Positions 55,039 to 64,000 of a DNA stretch of 64,000 bases are shown here, one piece after another; the stretch's first letter is position 1; every line of letters begins with the position of its first letter. This stretch comes from Octopus vulgaris (lineage: Eukaryota). Location of the stretch: contig OX597834.1 of NCBI GenBank assembly GCA_951406725.2, positions 30,690,001-30,754,000 of the forward strand, written 5' to 3'. Below the pieces are notes generated by a model. That model did no database searches and was not told the DNA's origin. It saw only the letters and a list, made by a program, of their open reading frames with translations. A program made the translations under genes and the position numbers.

Positions 55039-55076
<38 letters not shown>

Positions 55077-55081
55077 TTTTG

Positions 55082-55117
<36 letters not shown>

Positions 55118-55120
55118 ATA

Positions 55121-55283
55121 TACTCTTTTACTTGTTTCAGTCATTTGACTGCGGCCATGCTGGAGCACTGCCTTTAGTACTTATTCTATCAGTCTCTTTT
55201 TGCCGAACCGCTAAGTGACGGGGACGTAAACACACCAGCATCGGTTGTCAAGCAATGCTAGGGGGACAAACACAGACACACAA

Positions 55284-55314
<31 letters not shown>

Positions 55315-55478
55315 CATATATACGACAGGCTTCGTTCAGTTTCCGTCTACCAAATCCACTCACAAGGCATTGGTCGGCCCGGGGCTATAGCAGAAGACAC
55401 TTGCCCAAGATGCCACGCAGTGGGACTGAACCCGGAACCATGTGGTTGGTAAGCAAGCTACTTACCACACAGCCACTC
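55121..55478 (-). mobile_element. SINE family A (internal deletion)
   Basis: Reverse-complement copy. Confidence 0.8.
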
Positions 55479-58315
55479 ATATATTTTTTATATATATATT
55501 AATTCATGATTTAATTCAGTTGGAGTAACTGAATGCTCGTTGTCGAACAACGGAGATCTGCTGCCACCATCCTGATCAATGTTGTTTAGCCTCCTGCAGC
55601 GCAATTGCCAATTATAGGCAGATATCTTCAGAGGTGGTTGGAATCTGACACAGGTGGCAAATAACAAAGTAGAGTTGTATTTTCATGTTACATAATCTAA
55701 CATCCTGTAAATATTAACACACAAGCACATGTGCACACACACACAAGAACACACGCACACACACAAGAACACACGCACACGTGCTCACACACACACAAGC
55801 ACACACACACAAGAACACACACAAACACAGAGACACAGAAAAAACACAAGAACTTATACACTCCCATATAAGAACAGAGAACACACATACACCACCACCA
55901 CTATCACCACCATCATCATCATCATTTGAAATTCACCATGTTCTATGCTGTACAAAGCAGAGTTTTTCTCACCCCAAACATTAAATTTCCGTGAAGACAT
56001 TCGCTGACTCCATCTAAGTACATGTATTTATTTACATCTTTAGTGTAAACAGAATTCATATCCTTTTTTTTCCTTTCTTATCTCAAAGATTACGTCAAGA
56101 GAAAAATGGTGCAACAGCTGTACAAGACAATGCCAAGAATTAAACACAGAGATTATGTACATGAGTCACAAAATTTACAACACAACCCCAGACTGCTGAA
56201 AAGAAAAAGCCACAGTACAAAGTTTTAAAACTTTTGGTAATATAATTCTTTCTGAGGTTGACACAAGGCCAGGAATTTTGATGGAAAGAGACAAGTTGGT
56301 TACCATTACTGGTACTTATTTTATTGCTCCCGAAAGGATGAAAGGCAAAGCCAACTTTGGTGGAGTTTGAACAGTAGGAGCACTCCGTCGGTTACGACGA
56401 CGAGGGTCCCAGCTGATACGATCAATGGAACAGCTTGCTCGTGGAATTAACGTGCAAGTGACTGAGCAATCCACAGACACAAGTACCCTTAATGTAGTTC
56501 TCAGGGAGATTCAGCGTGACACAGAGTGTGACAAGGCCGGCCCTTTGAAATTACAGGTACAACTCATTTTTGCCAGCTGAGTGGACTGGAGCAACGTGAA
56601 ATAAAGTGTCTTGCTCAAGGACACAATGCATCACCAGGAATCGAACTCACGACCTTACAATCGTCAGCCGAATGCCCTAACCACTAAGCCATGCTTGAAC
56701 AGAGAATGTAATGAATAAAAAAAAAACACCACAGAGCATCTTCTCCAATGTTCTCATGAGTCTGCCAGTCAGTCCAATGCCTTGACTTTTGGTAATTTAA
56801 TAAAAAAAAAAAAAAGAAAATTAGCATTAGTGCTTTGTTATATGTATTGTTGATTTCTTCTATTAGCTTTAGTAAATTAATGAAGTACCAATACTAATGC
56901 CAAAACCTGCAAAAATATAGCAGTAATACAGGAGGGGCCAAAAGTCATGAAGTATAAAAATGCAACTGATACAAACGGTTGAAGACCAGATTATACCCAC
57001 AAGTTGCAATATGCAGTCAGACATTATGGCTTTTGATCCATCAAGTACATTATCCAAAATGTGAGGACCTTGAAGATCAAAAAAAAAAAGAAGAAAAAAA
57101 ACAATGATGAACAATGAAATCTTATTGCTATTGATAATCTGTGAAGAACTTGTCAGGAGAAATACAATAAAAAAAAAATACAGCTGTATGGTTAAGATGC
57201 TTGCTTTCCAACCTCATGGTCCAGGTTCAGTTCCACTGAGTGGTACCTTGGGTAAGGGTCTTCTCCAGATCAACCAATGCCTTGTGAACAAATCTGGCAA
57301 ATGGAAACTGTGTGTGTGTGTGTGTGTGTATGAGAGAGAGTGTTTCTTACTCCACTCCTTAACAACTAATGCTAGTTTGTTTATGACCCGCATAGCTTAG
57401 CAGTTCAGCAACAGAGATCAACAGAATAAGTACCAGACTTCAGGAAAAAAAAAGCCATAAATACTGCAGATGATTTATTCCCCCCAAAACTGTTCGAAGA
57501 TGTTGCCCTGGCATGACTGCAGTCCAATGACAGAAACAAGACAAAAGCACAACACAATTGGGTTTTTCTACATAACAACAATTGAATGATACAAGAGAAA
57601 GCGAAGACCTAACAACACAATGGAAATCTATTCCCAAGTGGCAGCAGCATTGGTCTATCAGTTTTTCTTGACCTTTGTGGGTTTTGTATTCTGAATAAAA
57701 ATGGTTAGCACTGGCTAAACCATTGGCATTTTAATGGTATTTTATAGCAATTCATTGGCAACTGTATTGGGACTCTGGTTAGTGGTTATTAAATTACTTA
57801 ATGTTTTGAAGCTTTGAATCTGTGTATATCTGTGTGTGACTGTCTGTGCCTGTGTGCATGTGTGTGTATTTGCTTGTATATGTGTGTCTGTGTGTGTGCT
57901 TGTGTATTTGCCTGACTTTCAGCAGCCGGTTGGAGTTGGTTTGTATTTATGGCTTCGTCTCTGTTCATCATCTCAGAGCTGATTTTTAGCATTGTGCTGT
58001 GCTGATGGTATCACCTTTACCATTTCCAGACGTAAACATTAGACATAATAAAAAACATCACAGCTGCTACATACATAAGACTATATATATATATATCATC
58101 ATCAGCTTTTATTCTTTGCTTGTTACTGTCATTGTACTGTGGCCATGCTGGGGCACTACCTTGAAGAATTTTAGTCGAACAAATTGATCCCAATATATAT
58201 TTTATTTAAGTCTATGCTTATTCTATTGGTCTCTTTTGCTGACCTGTTAAGTCACAGAGACATACACACACCAACACCATTAGTGGGGTACAAACACTGA
58301 CACACACACACACAG

Positions 58316-58347
<32 letters not shown>

Positions 58348-59684
58348 GACAGGCTTCTTTCAGTTTCCATCTATCAGATCCACTCAGAAGGCTTTGGTCA
58401 GCCTGAAGTTATAGTAGAAACACTTGCTCAAGATGCCAAGCAGTGGGACTGAACCCAGAACCATGTAGTTGGGAAGCAAAAACCTCACCACACAGCCACT
58501 CCTGTACCTATGTACCATGACCATAAAACAAGAGGATCGATGTCAATAGAGGAAAAAATGAGCAAAGAAAAAACTCCAAATGCTTGCACTGAAGTGACCT
58601 GTACCCAAGGTAGACAAGGGCTGAGGGGTTTCATTGAACCTGGACAGCAACGAAACAAAGCCTAGAACCGAAATGTAAAGCCTTATCAGCACTGCAAGTT
58701 AACAGAACACCTGTTGGCTCACACCTCACCAGAGCAAAACAAGATGCAGTTAATGAGCGCCAATGAGAGAGTAAGGGGAGAGAATGGTGGGCGGAGGGAG
58801 GGTTTCAACGTGGTTGTGTGAGTAGCAAGAAATAGCAGCCAAATTTCTGTCCCTCTCGCTTTCAAACTGCAATCTGACAGTCTTTAAGAAAGAACGACAT
58901 GTTGAATAATGCAATGAATGTCCTTCTGGGTGGACTGTGCCAAGGAAAGGGACACAACAGGGTGGTCACAACTGGCACGGAGAACTGTGCATTCAAGTCT
59001 GACCTAGGGTTAAACAACAATACAATCATAATTGAGCCACACGAGATATACACACACACACACATACACACACACACACACACAGAGTTATCAAAATTAC
59101 ATCCTCCACCATCAATAAAATAAACATCACTGTTATCATCATCATTGTAGTTGTTACAACTTCCCCCATACCCCCCCCCCCCGATAACAACTACTTTTCC
59201 CTCTCCTTCCTTTGACCACCACTACCAAACATTTATCTACATATCAGCCTCACCAACCATGTCTCCCACAACCACCACCACTACTACAAAGTGCAGTTAT
59301 TATTTGAAAGCCAGTCTGAAGAAGACTATGCAGGCACTTGTTGATCTGCTAGAAATAGCAGCCAAATCTCTCTCAAGGGGCACCCAATGCCTAATAATAA
59401 TAATAATAATCCTTTCTACTAAAGGTACAAGGCCTGAAATTTGAGTGGAGGGGACTAGTCAATTAAATCGCCCCCTGAGTTTCACTGGTACTTAATTTAT
59501 CGACCCCAAAAGGATGAAAAGCAAAAGTCAATCTCAGTGGAATAGAATATAAAGAAGGACAAAATGCCTCTAAGTATTTTGCCCAGCTTGCTAACGATTC
59601 TGCCAGTTCATCACCTTGATTAATAATAATCCTTTCTATTATAGGCACAAGGCCTGAATTTTTGGAGTCTATTACACTGGCCCC

Positions 59685-60005
59685 AGGACTTATTCTTTGT
59701 AAGCCTAGTACTTATTCTATTGGTCTATTTTGCTGAACCACTAAGTTACGGGGTCATAAGCACACCATCGGTTGTCAAGCAATGCTGGGGGACAAACACA
59801 GACACACAAACATATACACACACACACACACATACATATATACGACAGGCTTCTTTCAGTTTCCTTCTACCAAATCCACTCACAAGGCTCTGGTCGGCCT
59901 GTAGCTATAGTAGAAGACACTTCTCCAAGGTGCCACACAGTGGGACTGAACCTGGAATCATGTGGTTGGTAAGCAAGCTACATACCACACAGCCACACCT
60001 GCGCC
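59685..60005 (-). mobile_element. SINE family A within a cluster of family B fragments (59410-60355)
   Basis: Reverse-complement copy. Confidence 0.75.
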
Positions 60006-61119
60006 TTAATAATTTTTTTCTTTTTCCATTCTTGGCACAAGGTCTAAAATTTTGGGGGAGGAGCCAGTGGATTAGATCGACCCCAGTACGCAAGTGGTAC
60101 TTAATTTATCGACCCATGAGGATGAAAGGCAAAGTTGACCGCAGCGAAATTTGAACTCAGACCATAAAGACACAAAATACCGCTAAGCATTTTGCTCGGC
60201 GTTAATAATAATTTCAAATTTTGCCACAAGGGCAGTAATTTGGGGGGAGGGGATGAGTCGATTACATCGACCCCAGTGCTCAACTGGTACTTATTTTATC
60301 AACCCCAAAAGCATGAAAGGCAAAGTCAACTTTGGCGAAATTTGAACTTAGAACATCAAATGCTCACAATTCTAAGACAATATAGTTAATGATATTCATA
60401 AAACAGATGGTTAGTCATGGTAACTGGAACACTTTTGGTCAGAGACCTGCCTCCTTCCACCTCGGTCGACCTAGGGTTAAACAACATCAACCTTAGATAT
60501 TTACAGATCAGCCCAGCAATTGTTTACCTCTCTCTCTCACACTCACCTCCACTCCTTCCCAGCCCCTCAGACCCTGATAGCAGCAGTTCACACAGTTATC
60601 AATAATTGGGTTTGAAAAATTATGTCAAGGAGGGGGGCACAGGGGGTGGTTGGGGGAGGGGGAGAAAGCGATGAAGTGGGATAAAAAGGGGAGAGAGAAA
60701 CAGGGGTGGGGGGTGAGTAAGAATACCAGAGGATGCATGGATGGAGTGTGTGTGTGTGTGTGGGGGGCTAATAGCAATTACAGATTCTGTTCCTCACAAT
60801 CGGCTAATTAATTATAAATGACATCCAACTGTTCAATCGTGATGATGGTGATGGTAGTGACAGCAGTGGTTATGATGATGGTGGTGGTAGTGGTGGTGGT
60901 GGTGGTGGTGGCAGTGTGATAAAGGAAAATTATAAACATGACAGACAGAAGCTTAATCTACAGCTGGTGGTATGATAACAATAATTGTTGTTATTGCTGT
61001 CAGTAAGTCCCAGGTCAACTAAGAACCAGCAGATTAGCTGTGACTGTCTTCTGTTTGTCTATCTATCTATCTATCCATCTACTTTTCTTTTCCCCAAACA
61101 GGACTATATCTATCTAAGA

Positions 61120-61756
61120 CAATGGTTTTCAACCAGGGTTCCGCGGAACCACCTTAGGGTTCCGCCAGTACAGTCCAGGGGTTCCGCAAGAAGTTACAAA
61201 ATTGCTAAAATCGACAGTAATTTTTAATTCTCCTGTGCAGATATACTCTTTTTTTACTCTTTTACTTGTTTCAGTCATTTGACTGCGGCCATGCTGGAGC
61301 ACCGCCTTTAGTCGAGCAAATCGACCCCGGGACTTATTCTTTGTAAGCCCAGTACTTATTCTATCGGTCTCTTTTTGCCGAACCGCTAAGTGACGGGGAT
61401 GTAAACACACCAGCATCGGTTGTCAAGCAATGCTAGGGGGACAAACACAGACACACAAACATACATGCACATACATATATACACATATATACGACGGGCT
61501 TCTTTCAGTTTCCGTCTACCAAATCCACTCACAAGGCATTGGTCGGCCCTGGGCTATAGCAGAAGACACCTGCCCAAGATGCCACGCAGTGGGACTGAAC
61601 CCGGAACCATGTGGTTGGTTAGCAAGCTACTTACCACACAGCCACTCCTGCGCCTATATGTGTGCATAAGACAATTAAATTATTGCACAGGGGTTCCTCG
61701 AGCCAGAGGAATGTTTCCTTGGGGTTCCGCTCCAGCAAAAAGTTTGAAAAGCACTG
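61120..61756. mobile_element. hAT (Charlie-like) MITE with a nested SINE A (61245-61657, minus)
   Basis: 8-bp TSD atctaaga at 61112-61119 and 61757-61764; TIRs caatggttttcaa / ttgaaaagcactg; subterminal gggttcc repeats. Confidence 0.88.
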
Positions 61757-62963
61757 ATCTAAGACTACACTACCCAGCATGTTCTTTCTACTTTTCTAAA
61801 TAGCTCTCTTAGCTCCTCCAGTGCTTTCAGCACAACAAGCAATGAGCCTTCTCCAGACCCCCTAATTGCTCATCTTCCTCCTGGATCCACTCAAAGCCAA
61901 CTCCTACCTCTATCACATCATCCCAGAACATACTGCACCACATCTTCCTTGGTCTTCCTCTCGGTTTCATTCCTCCTCCTAGTATCCACTATCACGATGG
62001 TAGCATGTCTCTCCCACAGTAATCGAAGCACATGGTCAGTAAGCCATATCTACTTACTCACCATGTCCTGCAAACTCCCCATGCCTGCTCTTCTCGACAC
62101 CTCTAAATAGAGTAGCATGAAAATTGCCAAAGTCAATTCTCTTCTCTGGTTTGATGAAATAAGTATCAGCCAAATAAATGAAAATCCCATTTAATTAACT
62201 CCTAATTAATTAACCCCTCCGATGCCAACCAGCCTTAGACTACCCTTGGTTTTATGATATAAGCTTCCTCTTCTAAAAGAATCAACATTAAAACATTCCA
62301 TCAAAATTCCATGTTAATTTATATTCCAAACACCAACTTCATAATGACAATGTTATTTTATCAAATTCTTCGTAAACATATTTCTGTTGAGATGAAGAAT
62401 TTAGTAAAATAATTGTCATTATTAAGCTGGTGTTTAGATCATGAAGGAACATGGAATTTTGAAGGACAGTTTTAATATAGGTTACTTTAAAACAAAGTCA
62501 TTATAACTGAACCAGTTTCAAACAGGTTGGTCACAAAAAGATTAAGAAAGATTTTACCCAGTATTTCAAACAATCACTTAGCCATTTTGTGATGATATTT
62601 CTGTTGAAATAAACCATCTTTCTTTCAATTAATTTTGAGAATAATGAGGAATCTAGTAAAGTAACTGTCATTATAAAGCTGATATTTAAAACATAAATTA
62701 GCATAAAATTTTGATATCAAGTTTTTTGATCACTTTCACTTTACCATATTTCAGCTGAAAGACACTGGCTTTGTTTCAATTAGTTTTGGAAATAATGAAG
62801 AATTAAATAAAATATCTTTGTGATTATTAAGTTGGAGTTTGGAATATGGATTATTATGAAATTTCAGAAAGTTTAAACAATAGAACCAGAGGCAGTTTGG
62901 TAGGAAAAAGGCTTAGGGGTTAAGAATTAATGGCCAAAGGTTAATAAAAAAAAAGGCACTCAC

Positions 62964-63193
62964 CGGTCAAGCCAGGTCACAATTGGTTTCAGAGAACTGA
63001 TAATATCACAGACTGCAGAGAGAATCGGTACAGAAATGGTTTGTTTTGAGGAATCACGTCTGTTGGAAGAAACATGGCTCTTGTTCGCTGCTTCTTCAGC
63101 TAATTGTTTGTTTAACACAGCAACCAAACACCGAGCCTTCACACTCAGCTGAAGCGCCAAAGACTGCAGGTTTTCAGATTCAAATCCATACCG
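62964..63193 (-). CDS. CNKSR2: CNK/CNKSR exon (start of CRIC domain), RYGFESENLQSLALQL...ILSAVCDIISSLKPIVTWLD(R)
   Basis: Acceptor tttttgcag, donor gtgagt; 230 nt, ends in phase 2. Resembles vertebrate CNKSR2 as recalled (NYGLETENLKTL...SVVDLIGAAKSLLAWLDR). The symbol marks the family; the vertebrate paralogue cannot be assigned. Confidence 0.92.
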
Positions 63194-63319
63194 CTGCAAA
63201 AATGGAAAAAAAATGACATTTCTTTTACACCCACTTTTCAATGTTGGCATGGTTGGAAGGGATTTTTTTTGTAGCAGTGTTTTATACATAAATGCCTCTC
63301 CTGATGCCAACTCTTTTAA

Positions 63320-63540
63320 CCCTTTAGCATTTAAACCGGCCATATCCGGCCAAAAGTATTCTGCCTGCTTTATGTTCAAACTGGCCAGATCTGGTCTCTC
63401 ACACCAACCCTACAATATCATTTTAAAAATTAACAGCTACCTCATCAAAATCTCATAGCTACAAGATAATGCATGATTAGTTCAAAACAATATGGATAAA
63501 AAAACATTAGTTTTGGCAGAATAATGCGAACACTAAAGGG
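63320..63540. mobile_element. piggyBac-like MITE
   Basis: TTAA at 63316-63319 and 63541-63544; ends ccctttag / ctaaaggg. Confidence 0.8.
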
Positions 63541-63599
63541 TTAAGTGCCTCTTATCGTGTGATAGGGTCTACCTGTTCTAAAAACCAGGGTACAGATTT

Positions 63600-63865
63600 A
63601 TACACAAAGCAAATAACACACACACACAAAATGAATGTGCATCCACACACCCATGAATATAAACATACACAAATATACACACACACACACACACAAAATG
63701 AATGTGTATTCACAAACACGAATATAAATATACACAAATATACACATACATACACAAAACAAATGTGCATCCACACACACATGAATATAAACATACACAA
63801 ATACACACACACACACAAAGTGAATGTGTATTCACATACACATGAATATAAACATACACAAATAT

Positions 63866-63900
<35 letters not shown>
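63600..63900. repeat. About 60-65-bp CA-rich tandem repeat (about 4 units)
   Basis: aaatgaatgtg.at.cacacac.catgaatataaacatacacaaata recurs. Confidence 0.85.
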
Positions 63901-63904
<4 letters not shown>

Positions 63905-64000
63905 TGGGGGTATAACTAAATATAAGGCATTTACCATTACTAAATTCTGATAACAATAGTTTCGAATTTTGGTACAAGGCCAGCAATTTTAGGGGGGGGA

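Noticed and set aside
56869-57114. Hydrophobic ORF with an acceptor-like tttgatcttcaag between two CRIC exons
   Set aside because: In the required phase it hits a stop after 5 codons, and the flanking exons already join to give WLDRSPF.
61420-61803. Recurrent peptide ...[23 protein letters not shown]... in many ORFs
   Set aside because: Antisense translation of SINE family A, not a gene family.
63194-63379. N-terminal extension of the ORF containing the first CRIC exon
   Set aside because: Lies upstream of the splice acceptor and is made of repeat and piggyBac MITE sequence.

Overview
Repeat-rich eukaryotic genomic DNA, most likely an octopus (coleoid cephalopod), inferred from the SINE families and the very high (TA)n/(CA)n content. 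The window lies inside one large minus-strand gene: a CNK/CNKSR (connector enhancer of KSR) scaffold orthologue. Seven GT-AG exons (63193-62964, 53353-53221, 49401-49282, 47049-46993, 43554-43486, 40853-40594, 21615-21350) splice in frame to about 378 codons covering the CRIC domain, the PDZ domain and a downstream Ser-rich linker. The SAM exons and the PH/C-terminal exons lie outside the window. The introns hold tRNA-derived SINEs, LINE remnants (CR1/L2-like, RTE, REL/Hero-like), mariner/Tc1 remnants, hAT and piggyBac MITEs with clear TSDs, a Helitron-like element, two long minisatellites and several fold-back palindromes. Most notable: (1) an apparently intact minimal type I hammerhead ribozyme at 1094-1179, plus four degenerate or partial hammerhead motifs, all in short elements next to (TA)n tracts; (2) a 29-copy minisatellite that arose inside a LINE ORF2 through an 8-bp microhomology; (3) antisense SINE tails forming cryptic 3' splice sites 53-64 nt downstream of two CNK splice donors. 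Almost all ORFs in the supplied track are microsatellite or repeat artefacts.
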